Positions 20,495-32,801 of a stretch of DNA of 64,000 nt are shown piece by piece (position 1 is the first letter of the stretch; each line of letters begins with the position of its first letter). A program made the translations under genes and the position numbers. This DNA comes from Bugula neritina (Eukaryota; Animalia; Bryozoa). Location of the stretch: the NCBI GenBank assembly GCA_964035545.1, contig OZ037767.1, positions 13,315,801 to 13,379,800 on the forward strand, given 5' to 3'. The notes below the pieces were generated by a model. That model had not been told where the DNA came from. It worked only from the letters and a program-made list of their open reading frames with translations, and ran no database searches.

Positions 20495-20545
20495 TATTGT
20501 GCCTGAGGAGTGCCGAAGAAGCATGAAACTATTAGTAGCGCAATA
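20495..20545 (+). ncRNA. Minimal type I hammerhead ribozyme (right PLE arm)
   Basis: tattgtgc CTGAGGA gtgc cgaagaa gcat GAAAC tatta GTA gcgcaata: complete catalytic core with paired stems I and II. Confidence 0.87.
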
Positions 20546-20674
20546 AAACATCTAATTAAATTGCTCCTTTCTTCAATAATATAACTGCTCATTATTATAC
20601 ACATTATAATTTGAACACTTTTTCATCTGCTGTTTTTTTAAAAAACTCACGCTACGACTATTATATATATATAT

Positions 20675-22007
20675 GTAGGGGCAACGGGGGGGGCACAACG
20701 GGTCGAATTTTGCATTTTTTGCTCCCATTCGTCTGTTTTTCAAGTTACTAGTTCAATAATCTCTAGTCTTAATGCTGCATCTGTTGTCTATTACAGGTAT
20801 CAGTTTGTTGTTTCTATCTCTTTCACAACTATCAGAATAATGAAATTTTCATGACGAAAAAATCGGCTCATTGTGCCCCGGTAGCGGGGTACAATGGGCC
20901 ACTGGGTGGGACACAACAAATATATTGAAACTTTGCTGATTTTGTTGCATCTGATCTTTATTTATTTAATAGTACAAATAAATAAAAATATTCTTTCAGA
21001 TCTAAAGCAAAATTCATGTTTTAGCTGTACAGTTTGTGCCACCACGGATAGCAGAGGAAGGCAAAATCAAACGCACATCACTTGGTTTTACAGTGCCATT
21101 ATCACTACTGTTTAGAACTAAAAATGCTTTTCAATTACACTTCAGAGGAACTTTTATCAGAAAAAAAACTTTAGTAACATATGCTACAAAATTTTGAGTG
21201 GACTTTTTTCTATGAACTGTAGCTAAGGTGCATAGCTTCGGTTTGTGGCTGGAGTACGGAAGGGAGAGGGGGGGGAGCGAATGAGCTAATCACAATTTAT
21301 TTTAGTCAAATACATGTATATTCCCTCAATGATATAATATATAATGAATATCATGACTATTTACTAGTAGCAACAGCAGAGTTTTGTGTAATATTATGTA
21401 TAAAATAGCATAGCTTTAACCTCACCAGATGTATATATTAGGGGAGCTTCACCTTGTAGTTTTGTAGTCTTACCATGACGTCTTTGATATTTTACAAAAA
21501 GATCAGAAATGGCTATATCTATAGATTTTAGTAACATTTCAACCAACTTTTTGGGCAAACAAACTAATAACAGTGATCAGGGTACAATAATGAGGTGGCC
21601 TATTGTGCCCCGGTCAGCATGGCCCTTTGTGCCCCGGATGACCAAATTGAACATAAATGTGCCTCAAGGAAAATTTATTTTAGAGTTTGCTGTTATACTA
21701 GTTAAGCAATGGAGAGACAAGCAATGGCAACAATATCAGTAAAATCTAGGCTTGTTGCCTTTGAGTGTAAAAAGTTATAAAGCTTTAACGACATCTTAAA
21801 AATTTTACAAAACGTAGGTAAAAACAGTTTTTCACTCGCCTTTTCAACACGTATGTTTTGCAAGTGTTGAAACTACAATGGCAGAATATTTATGTCAATA
21901 CCTTTTTATGAAAAAAAAAATCACAACTCTAAACTTGCCAATAAGTTCTCTCACAACTTGGCCGGCTTTTTGTACCCCTATGACCGTTGTGCCCCTGTCA
22001 CCCCTCT
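20675..22007. mobile_element. Non-autonomous Tc1/mariner (pogo-like) element
   Basis: Ends aggggcaacgggg..gcacaacgg / ccgttgtgcccctgtcacccct in TA context; internal repeats of ttgtgccccgg at ~20871 and ~21603-21637; no ORF. Confidence 0.7.
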
Positions 22008-24219
22008 ATATACATACATACATACGTACATACGCACGCGCGTACATACATACAGACTCGCGCGCGCACGTTTAAATTATTATTCAAACGTAAAATTAAT
22101 CATGAAGTTATACTTATACTTATAGTAATGGTATTATTATTGCTATTAGAGATTAATATAGCCTCACTATAGCTATAACTATACATAGTCTGGCAGAACC
22201 AGGGGTTAAGTTCGCAATCCCGGATAAAGTTTTTTCTCTTCTGATTATTCAAATATAGGGTCTAGGTAAATGTTTCCAGGTGGGTGTGGACTTCTTACCC
22301 TTGAGCATTTCGAGAAATTCAAGATGGCCGCCAGGCACCAGACGATTTTTTATAATTCAAATGTATCTACCCACCGAGGCTAAATTTAAGGTTCTAATGC
22401 TTTGAAATCTTTAGAAATTAATATAATAAAGATGCATGTGCCTTTATCATGTGTATTATTGAGTAATATGCAAATGATACCCAAGGGTAATTAAGCTAAG
22501 CCTTAATCATTCATTTTTTAAGTTTAACCTAGCCTTGCCGTGTTTATAATTTCCTTGCATCTCTGCATCAGTTTGTTCTAAGTTCATAAACATTTACTAT
22601 ATGGGGTGACTTTATATGCTGATTACAAATATGTCTAACAAATAAAGCTGAAAGGGGTTCTGCAAAATTGAAATGCAACGCCATTGTCATATGAGCTAAA
22701 TAGCAATTTATTTTAAACTAGCATGCCTATCAAAAAGGTTTGTTGAGCTGCCAATTTAATAGTTATTTTTAGTTTTAAAATTTAGCTATGTTTTTCAAAG
22801 TTAGAAAAAAGGGTCAACAACTTTGATAACACAACACCATGGCTTCTTAACATAATTTAATTGCTTTATTGTGGACACATCATTTATCTAAATATTGACA
22901 TGTTTGCTTTCGAAAACTACTTCTATTAACACATTTGACTTTTTCTCTAAAAGCATTTGTAAACAGTTTTTTTATGAATGAGAATCTATTTTATGCTGGG
23001 GGAAGTAATATATCTATTAGAACAGTGGTTCTCGACCTTTTTTATACCAATTCCCTTTCATTAACGTTTACTATTAATTTCTCCCTTTTTAATGACCCAT
23101 GTTGGGTGCACTGGAACACTAATGGCTGAAACTGATTTGGTAGAAGTAGTTAATTCTACTTTTGGTGGTTTCCCTAAAATGCTAAACAGAAAAAGTTTCC
23201 CCAGAATGTACAGGGCCTGAGAATATTGGTGAGAGAGCTGTCGAAGCCAGTCTTTGATAAAAGTGTAATCACTAGCATGGAGGACCTTGACAAGATGTTG
23301 ACTAAGTTTTCAGAGAGCTCATGAACAGCAAAACCATGGGTCATGTGCTTTATTAGACCAATTTTTACCATCAACACCCACATCATAGCTGATAGAGAAG
23401 GAGACTGGGCCTTACACCTTGCAATGGAAGAGGAAATGTACTTATATCCGTGTAGCATGGAGGCCGTGCTACAAGATGTAAGGATTGAATTCACGGCTGG
23501 TAACCACACAATGCATCACAAACGCGGCGAGCTCGACAGCATCTGGTCAGACATGACCATTGAGGTGACCTTCGTGAGATTTGGTCACAGCAAGGGAGAA
23601 TCATTGGCATCACCAATAAAACTAAAATTGTCAAGGTGTGGGTGTACAGCACTTCTGCATGCAACAAGATGCAGTAAGGCCTCAGTGACATCAGAGATGA
23701 GTGTGAAATAAATGCTTCCACTACTCATAAGGAAGAGATGCAATCAAGAATCCAATTTGATTTAAAGGACAGGGAGTCTGTCAAAAGGAAGATTGAACTC
23801 TGCAACTACAATGTCCCACTGAAAGAAGGATGCCACCCAGTTGCTCTTGTCAATATTGAAACAGAGAAAGTCATCAGTTATTCGGCAATTATTATTGACA
23901 ATATTTTTGTTATAGGTAAAGCATCTATACAAGAATTTAAAGTGAATTAGTCGGAGGGGTTAAATAAATCCTTGTCATCTAAAGTGAAGACAATGGTATC
24001 ATATCAAAAGCATATTAAGGTTTCTAATACCACTGTGTATGATTCTGAAGTCATATATGCCCAGGCCATTGCACTCAAGCAGACCAAGAATTTGGACGCG
24101 GACTCTTTAATAGCTCATAAACTTGCAGCATTGCCACTTTCTACATTCAAGGAAGCAGGAAAAATGAGAGAAGCTAAGACCAAGTCAATTCTCAAAAAAT
24201 ATGTGAAAAGTAAGTTTTC

Positions 24220-24560
24220 AGAACAGTTTGCGACAAGAAGATGAGAAAATTTCCACCAAGCTGGAGGTTCTGTAATACAAGATGGCAATAAAAACTACAC
24301 TGATGTATGAATATCAGACATGGCCACTGACTCAAAGACAAAAGGACAAGATAAGTGCAACTGAGATGAGGATGCTTTGACACATTTACAATATAGAGTG
24401 GGAAGACCATGTAACAAATGATAATATAAGGGAGGAGGCCAAAATTAAAGCCATCGCAATAGGCATGAGGAAGAGACCTCTTAATGGTATGGACATGTGC
24501 GCAGAAGAGATAGGGAAGAAGATATTATAATGGTGGCTGAGATGATGCAGTGAAGGATGA
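24220..24560 (+). mobile_element. RTE-type LINE fragment nested in the TIR element
   Basis: Degenerate LMYEYQTWPLT...ISATEMRML...HVTNDNIREEA...WYGHVRRRD, typical of the RTE ORF C-terminus. Confidence 0.75.
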
Positions 24561-25161
24561 CATACTGAAATGTGGCCTCTCAAATAAAGATGTTGACGAC
24601 AGAATCACATGACAATCTCTGATAGCACTTGGTGCCCTGCAAAACCGCCACCCATTTTAGACCACAGCGTACTAGGTGAGAAAGTTCGAGAAAAATCCCT
24701 ATAATGGACAATCTGTTGCCGTCCCATGGCCTCTCAGGCTGTGATACAGTGGCAACAATGTAAAATATTGGAAAGGGAGTCACACTAAATGTATTGGTAG
24801 AAGGAAAGTGTGATTTAGTGACACCAGGGCTTCTTTTCAGGATGAATATTCATACGAGCTACCAGGTTTATGCTATGTTGCTACTCTCATGCAAAGTGCT
24901 CCTCCATGACATCTACAAGACAAAAGACTTAAAAACCAAGGTCCGCAGTGCTATTTGCGATGTGCTTTTAACTTATGTACTTTGCCTCCTACAGATGAAG
25001 CTATTGGACAATGTCACCAGAGCACAATTCCAGGTAGCCATATGAAACTGCGGCATTAAACTCACTAGAACATTGGTAGGTGAAAAGGGATCTAATAGAA
25101 TCTCTTTTCCCGGAAGGAGTAGGAAATGATGTTGTGCTTACACCAGACAGTATTATGAAGT

Positions 25162-25572
25162 GGATCATTTTACTCAATTTGGTGTACACTCGATGACTCT
25201 AGTTTTTGGCGATTTTTTACAATTTAGCTGCTATTGTAAATAGATTGTTGCCTTAAACTATTAAAATTTTAACAAATAAAACTGAATAATCAAGGCTTTT
25301 CCAATTATGCATGATTTTTTATGTTTTTTCCAAATTTATTAGTACATTGAAATATTATATGGACCGTGATGGTTCACAAATATATATTTAGCTCGTATGA
25401 CATGACGCCACGTTTAAATGTTGCAGGACATCTTCCCAGTTTTGTTTTGCTATGCATAGTTAGAATCAGTAAATTCTATTACTCTATATAGTAAGTTTTC
25501 ATGAATTTTAAGCAAACTTTAAAATTTTTGATCATAATCTGCTGATGTGTGCTAAATGAAGTAAAATGGCCC
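25162..25572 (+). mobile_element. Older Sola-like MITE copy interrupting the CXC ORF
   Basis: ggatcattttactcaatttgg...ctaaatgaagtaaaatggccc with near-TSD aagt/aaat; removing it rejoins PDSIMK to FIKCSCG. Confidence 0.78.
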
Positions 25573-28461
25573 AAATTCATTAAATGCTCCTGTGGAAGCC
25601 AACAATCATGCAAAACGAGATATGGCTGTTCTAATACATCTATCCCATGCACAGAGCTCTGTTCTTGTGAAGCAGTAACAGGATTGTGCTGCAATGAACT
25701 AACATTTCTAACAAATGCTAATGATAGAAAAAAATGAGAAAGGTGTTTAATATGAACATGAGCGAAAGTTTGTCACATCTTTATAATTATATATATGTTC
25801 CATTTTAACTTTAGCTGAGCAATATGCCTCTGTATCTTTTTCACTTTCTATTCACTGGCAATAAGCAATTTTTCTTCTTTATATATCTGTCCAAACAATT
25901 ATTCAAAAACCTTGCATCATTTTTCCGCACCATATGTGATGTTTTATTGAAGCAATTCCGATTTTTGAGCTGAGCAACATGTCTCTTCGCTCTTTACTTT
26001 GATTTTTTTGCACTGGCATGGCACATATTCATTCCAAAAATGCACATCTATTTGAATCATCAAAAAAATTTTGCTTTTGCAACATAATATAGACTTTATG
26101 CCTATTAGATTACGATTTTTTCATAATTGGCGGCCATCTTGGATTTCTCGAAATGCTCAAGGGTGGCAGGTCCACACCCACCTGGAAACATTTACCTGTA
26201 CCCTCAAGATAAATATTCAAGAGAGAAAAAAACTTTATCCGAGATTGCGAACCTAACCCCTAGTTCTGCCAAACTATATATAGTTATAGCTATAGTGAGG
26301 CTATATTAATCTCTAATAGTAATAATAATACCATTACTAAAGTATAAGTATAACGACATGATTAATTTTACGTTTAAATTATAATTATGAAGTACAATGT
26401 GTGTATTATAAATTATTATATAACATTAATTATAAGAATAAGTAGCATAACTATGCCGGCTATTGTAATTCTAGTTATTTACAATGATGTTAATTCGAAG
26501 TTCAGTATAACTTATTATCAATATTATATAAACTTTAGTACTACTAAATTATAAAAGTAAATAACTAATAATATTAGTATTACTAATACTAATAGTTATA
26601 GTAATAATAGTAAATGAAATGCTAATACTAACAGTAATAGTTATACTTACAGTTAGATTTACAGCTACCTATATAGTTATAACTTATAATACATTTCCAA
26701 GAGTAAGTCTAACATAAACAATTAAGTCAATAACTTAGTAAGTGTAACTAACTTACTAAGTTGAAGTTATACTAATACTAATAATAATGGTAATACTAAT
26801 AGTAATACTAATACTCTAATACTAATAGTAATAGTTATAGCAATACCCATAGTGATAGAGCAAATCAAAATGAAAATGTAATAGTAATACTTTTTACTTT
26901 TTGTAATACTAATAGACAGTAACAGTAATACTACTAGTAATAGTTAATAAGTTATAGTAATACTAATAGTAATAGTAATACTAATAGTAATACTATTAGT
27001 ATTACTATAGACATACTGATACTATAGTATAACTATAACTTATACTTATACTTATAGTTATAGTATAAGTATACTAATACTGATAGTAATACTAATCAAA
27101 TTTAAAAAGTCCAAGTCTACAGAACTAAAATAACGATTGTTGGATGATTAAAAATACTCTTTGCAGAGCTCTAAATCTATGCAACTACTGTCCAACTCAA
27201 CTATTATAAAATACCATGAAAGTGCAAAATTAATAATTATCATCAGTATTTTCATTTTTAATTTGCTCGTTAATTCATTAACATCAACTTCAAGTGTAAC
27301 GGAAATTGGCGTTTCAAGACAGTATACGGTCACAACGGGTTTTTAAACAAAATCTAACTTTCAAAATAATTAACGTAAAATTTGAAAAAAATTTACAACT
27401 TTTTTATTTAATGCAGATAATTTATTATTCCAATAAGAAATTTATATAATTTTAAATTGCAATAATAGAGAAAGAATTTTGTTTAAAATATTGGAATTTC
27501 CCAAACAAATCGAAACTGGCAAATTGTAGCTTTGGGGACAGTTCTGGCATCTTAGTTACCACCGACACAAAATAATACTATGTTTGTTAGCTACTTAAGA
27601 CTATTGTTATTAAACTCAGCAGATGACAAATAGGCTCACATTAGGTGATTAACTTGGCTCACGTAAGTCTAACTACTACTACTTTACCAAGTCTATAAAT
27701 AATTAATAATTTTTCCGGGTTGGTGTACATTAATAACAGTGTATGACGATTTGCTAGAAAATGTTATTATTCTAGTAAGTGACATTTTTTTATTACACAA
27801 CGTTATTAACATCAAATTACACAACTAATTGAGACAATGAAAGCCATAACGCATGTTACTTATTAAAATATTATTTCACTATGGGTGACCACTGACTGTT
27901 GCTGCTTTGACACCAATTTTAGTCATTATCTCCCCTCCATGAATAAAATTAATTTCACCGTATTTGTAGCCATTTGAGGCAGCTATGGTTAGTGAAATAA
28001 CTGCTAGTGCAATTCCTATCACATTTCACTACAATTTTACTTTTGATATTTTAAACTGCTGAAAACAAAGAAAATAAACATAGGTAGTCATAATAAAAAT
28101 GTAATAATGTAGTGAGTCACGCAAAGTACAAATACGGGAATCGCCCTCTCTCCGTTCTGGGAATACTAAGGCCCCTATGTAGCAACCAATTAGCAGCACC
28201 GGAAGATATGCTTCCGACTCACGTGACACTTCCCGGGCGATTGACATTTGATCACGTTGTTGTAAGCGGAGGCTTGAAGTAGAAACATGTGTTAGTAGTT
28301 GACTGATGTATAGGATAATTTGATGTAATGTTTGCTTTGTGTTTTATTGTGGATAATAAATATAATTACTCGACAGCTACCCTAGTAATTGCTAGTAGAA
28401 TAGCCAACTAAGTATACGCAAGTAGATAACTCACGCACAGTAATTGCACAAATTACTACAG

Positions 28462-28479
28462 TGGCAGCAGCGGTGGGAT
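28462..28479 (+). promoter_or_regulatory. Primer binding site, probably tRNA-Leu
   Basis: TGGCAGCAGCGGTGGGAT 1 nt after the 5' LTR; matches the complement of the tRNA-Leu(AAG/TAG)-type 3' end (TGGTGGCAGCGGTGGGAT) with 2 mismatches. Confidence 0.75.
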
Positions 28480-28495
28480 CTTGCGTATAACAGTC

Positions 28496-29380
28496 ATGGC
28501 AGAAGACGGCACGGAGCTACCCACTCCACTGAATGAAGGTGAGAGAGATAATGTTGATATACCTGTGGAACCAGTAGTGTTAGAAGAAGTGAGAATTCCT
28601 AGAGAGCCTGGTGAAGACAGATACCGGCTGAAGGCGCCCACCTTCACAGGCGAGGAGGCAGTAGAGCAGTTTATCCAGGAATTCCAAGATGTGATGGAAG
28701 TTGCACAGTGGCCACCAAGGGTGGCGTTGCTCAAGCTCAGGATGGCGCTGACGGACAAGGCTAAGCCATACGGAGCGGGACCTGACATAGACGGAATCTT
28801 TGCTTCTCTGCGGGCCCGTTTTGGCATCTCCCCCATAGATGCGCGGGCCCGTCTTCAAAGGCTGCGGCGTGATCCTCACACGTCGCTACAGGAGCACGCT
28901 GCCACGGTATATCCACTGGCGCAGATCGCGTTCCGCGATCTGCCTCAAGTACACCGTGAGAGGTATACTTATGATGCCTTCGTGCAGTCCATCAACGACT
29001 TGGGGCTCCACCATCAGTTCCAAGCGAGGGGAGTCACCACGGTCGAGGATGCACTTGCGGTGGGAGAAGCCTACCTCATGGCAACTCATATGCACCGCAA
29101 CCGCGTGGCCTCCCGCCAGGTGGCCACGGAGCACACTACTGCTCATACTGAACCAAATGCGGAACCCTCCGCGGTGGCTAATGTGAACCAGATGTCACTA
29201 GCATCAAAAGTCGCACAGATGACTGACATGCTAGATAAACTGGTCGCCGCATTAGCTCCCCCAAGCCAGGTAGATACCGCCCGTGAGCCTTGCGGGCCGC
29301 AGGTACAATCACCAGGCATGGGGCATAACTTCTGCTGGGACATTTCCAGAAGAACTGCCCTCAACTCCAACAAGGGTTAA
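28496..29380 (+). CDS. gag: Gag (capsid-like; zinc knuckle disrupted)
   Basis: LKAPTFTGEEAVEQFIQEFQDV...W...LRARFG capsid-like motifs; knuckle remnants CW and GHFQKNC lie in different frames. Confidence 0.85.
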   Translation: MAEDGTELPTPLNEGERDNVDIPVEPVVLEEVRIPREPGEDRYRLKAPTFTGEEAVEQFIQEFQDVMEVAQWPPRVALLKLRMALTDKAKPYGAGPDIDGIFASLRARFGISPIDARARLQRLRRDPHTSLQEHAATVYPLAQIAFRDLPQVHRERYTYDAFVQSINDLGLHHQFQARGVTTVEDALAVGEAYLMATHMHRNRVASRQVATEHTTAHTEPNAEPSAVANVNQMSLASKVAQMTDMLDKLVAALAPPSQVDTAREPCGPQVQSPGMGHNFCWDISRRTALNSNKG

Positions 29381-31397
29381 ACTACCACGGCCCGCAGATG
29401 TTCCCACCTCCTGCGGGCCGCCTGTAAATCACCCAGGGAGGACCGCGCGTCTGCCGCCCCGCTGGGCGCCGCGCGGAGATGCTGTGAAGTGGCGACCCCC
29501 GCGGCAAGTAGGCTCAAGCCACTTGCCGCCTGGGTCCTCTACGCCACTCCAACACCAACACGGATCCGGCAGACGGTTGATCTCAGAGCCTGCGAGGGAA
29601 ACGGTACAGGCGCCGCAAGGCGTACCGCCCCAACCTCGGCAGCTGGTCAATAGTCGTCGCCAACCGTGGACCCCTCGACCCACAGCGAGGGAGGTGCAAC
29701 CACGGCACACACAGCTGCAGCCACACGGAAGTAGCTACTTTCTGCCAGGAAAGCTAGCCGGCAAGCCTGCCAACTTCCTTCTGGACTCGGGCTGCACCAC
29801 CAACCTCCTTAGCCGTCAATTCTTTGACATCCTCAGCCCTAAGGTCAAGGACGGGTTGGCGCCGCATGAGGGGGATCATGGCACCCTGGCAGACGGGTCG
29901 TGCATTCCCTTCTACGGCATTATTGAGCTGACTGGTTACATCCGTAACCAGGCCATCCAAGAGACGTTCATCGTCGGGCAGCTCAACGAGGACGCTATCC
30001 TCGGGATGCCATTCTTACAACGACACGGATGTCGCATCGATTTCAGTAAATCTGCGATGATCATGGGCGACAGGGAGCTCGCTTGTGTCGATAAGTTTGG
30101 TCGTCCTCTAGCGGGAGCAGTGCAGGTAGTACGGAGCTGTACGATGCCAGGCCACTCCCGGGCTACCGTCCGCTGCAAAGTGGACGGTGGCCAAACCTCT
30201 AAGTTGGGAGTTGTCGAAAGTACGCACTCAAGAATCCAACTTGCCCATAGCTTTAGCCGGCTTACGGGACAAGGAGAGATCTCAGTGCAGTGCGTCAACC
30301 CCTCCTCAGAGACGGTAGACCTACCCCCCAGGTCCATGCTGGGCCGCTTCCATCCTGTCCAGGAGGAAGCCATTGGGCCGTTGTCGGGAGCTACGACGGA
30401 AGGTCCTCAGCAGAGCCCGTCTCAAGGGCGGAGGACCGTCCCAACCCACGCCTCCTCTCCTCCAGGGACGCGTGATGACACAGGCAACAGAAAGCGCCAG
30501 GCTATGGCTATGTTGTCACACGGGTACAGTGAGGCACCCCGCCACACAGACCACGACGCCCGCCTAAATAGAGCAGGCCGTCGTGAGGTACCACGGGCGG
30601 CGAAGACCGCCCCTGCTCAGCAACTCCAACAGAGGGCTGACACGCCCCCGGAGGCTGTCCAGAGCCTCCGCGCCAAACCTGTATGGGCTGGTAACGTTAG
30701 GGAGCTGCCGAAGCTCCAGGAAAGCCTTCCTGGGGTGGTAGCCGACGTGTACCGAGCGAAACAGGAAGGGCGACGACCCAGTAGTAGACAACGGCGACAG
30801 GGATGCGCCGAGTTACGGCTGTACTGTCAACGTTGGAACTCTCTGCGGGTCGGGCCAGATGGTCTGCTGACCATGACCTTGGCCGCCAACAACAGACAAC
30901 CAGCCAGGAAGAGGATCGTCTGCCCAGCTGCCATCCGCCGGGAGTTGATACAAGACACCCACGAAAAGACTCACGGAGGAGTCCAGGGGGTGGTCACCAA
31001 GCTACAACTCCGGTGGTACTGGCCCAACATGGAGCGGGATATCCGGCGCAGAGTGAGACGGTGCGAAGTCTGCCAGGCCAACAAGCATAGCCGTCTCCCT
31101 GGTGAAGCGGGGCGGCAGACGCATTGTGTGAGAAGGTCTTGGCAAGCGGAGACTGTCGTCCTGGCCGGAAACACCTCCATGACACCTCAGGAAGACTTGG
31201 CAAGGCGAGAAAGGCCACTTCCGTCCTTGAAAGTGCGCCCACCGCCCCCCAACGTCAAGCCTGCCATCACCACCACTTCCGGAACCAGAAACGGGTCCGG
31301 AAGTGCAAAAACCCCCCGTGGGAGGGGCTCCGCAAGGAGATACCAACGTAGGAACAACCGTCACAAACAGGCTGGAAAAACCACCCGTGAGACATAA
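29375..31397 (+). CDS. pol: Internally deleted Pol: aspartic protease plus integrase zinc-binding domain
   Basis: Within the 704-codon open frame: FLLDSGCTTNLL and DAILGMPFL (retropepsin), then THEKTHGG...WYWPNM...CEVC (HHCC). No YxDD, RNase H or DDE motifs. Confidence 0.88.
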
Positions 31398-31745
31398 CAA
31401 TCCACGGGTGAGCACACCGCCTCCCACAGTGACGACGCCTCCAGGACCACACACTAGGCAACCCCCAGCGTGTCTCGGAGACTTTGTACGTGACCGCGGT
31501 ACAAGCGGCAGTTACGAAGGTCTAGCGAGGTCTCGCATGGGAAAACAGGCAAAGAGACGTGGGAGTTGTGAACACCACGGAAATCTCAACTTTTGCCTCG
31601 GCGGAATCTCACACGAGATTCATCCGCTGGAAGTGAAAAGCCCTAGTCACGCTTCACAACCACGCTGTCCGGTCTTTTCCTACGTTGATGCAGTCAAGAG
31701 TAGACGTGCCACTAAACAGTAATCATTTACCGCTCTCATTCCAAA

Positions 31746-32801
31746 ATGTCTTACTATTCTGGATCGAAGGGTGAGTTAATTATGTTTTTGGTACGGGAAC
31801 TAGACTGCATCAGTCAGCTTTAGCTACACCAGTAGCAAGCTGGAGATTCGATAATGAAAAACAGTGGTGGAAACACACGTCGACTTTGATTTTAAATAAT
31901 CTGCCATAGCGAGTGTGTTCTCCATCAACTATTCATTAGCCTGAATCTCAGGAATGTAACTGAACAGAGTACCTGTCAGGCTGTACACGCCGGCGATACC
32001 TCAGTGTATAATCTTTAACACTGCTACTCTTTCAGATCACACTCGAGTGACCACCTCCCGGTCACGGGACCAGCCAACCCCTCTACCTATGGAAGAAAAA
32101 CCTGTAATGGAGAATGGCTTACCCGTGGTGCTTCGTCGATGACACCGCTGGGTGTCACCCACGACGGAAAGGAGAATTGAGGAAGCCTGGGGACCCAGCG
32201 GACCCCACCGGACCTGCCAGGTCTGCTTCGAGGAGTGCCCGTCACACCGCTCCCTGCGTCTGCATGTAGACGCCCATTTTCTACTCCATTTCTGCCCATG
32301 CGGGTTCCACGATGTATACCCGTATCCTGTGATCGTCCACAAGTTGAGCTGCTTCGCCGGAGAGGGCCATATTGTTGATGAGGACAGTTTCCCCCAGTAC
32401 CTAGACACCATCAAGCCAGTCATCAAGAAGGCTATCACCCTGGCCGCACTAGCGTCAGGATTCCAAGTACTGCTGTTATCCGCCCGCCATAAGTCCCTAT
32501 GGTTCAGGGCCCGTCTCCTACCCCCGTCAACCCTAGCAACACCCCCAAGTTAGAAGGAACAACAATACCCCCAATAACAGAGACTACTACAACCCCACCA
32601 AGGCCTAGCCGACTGGCTAATGTAGAAGAGTGGCTTGTAAAACTACAAGCCGAGTTTACGCAACTGGCCCCTGACCTGCTGGATACGACGACAGGTCTAT
32701 ACCAGCTGAAGGACTCAGTGGGGCGACTGAAGAGGCGGCTACGTGCCCGACTGGCTCGACACAGAGCACGCTCGCTACAAGAGTCAGAGTCCACCCAATG
32801 A
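31746..32801 (+). pseudogene. Spliced accessory ORF of the LTR element: C2H2 zinc finger(s) plus basic coiled coil
   Basis: ATG 31746, donor G|GTGAGT at 31771, acceptor tctttcag| at 32035, in phase with CQVCFEECPSHRSLRLHVDAH. One in-frame TGA (32140) and one frameshift (~32497) lead into the 32499-32801 frame. Confidence 0.65.

Larger units (their letters stand above)
22184..26278 (+). mobile_element. Decayed TIR DNA element encoding a CXC-domain / HGLSGCDT-motif protein
   Basis: ~150-bp imperfect TIRs (catagtctggcagaacc...aagatggccgcc / ggcggccatctt...ttctgccaaactata), TA on both sides. Frameshifted coding remnants ~23090-25737: KFPQNV, ADREGDWALHL, IWSDMTIEVTF, HKEE, HGLSGCDTV, IKCSCGSQQSCKTRYGCSNTSIPCTELCSC. 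Confidence 0.8.
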
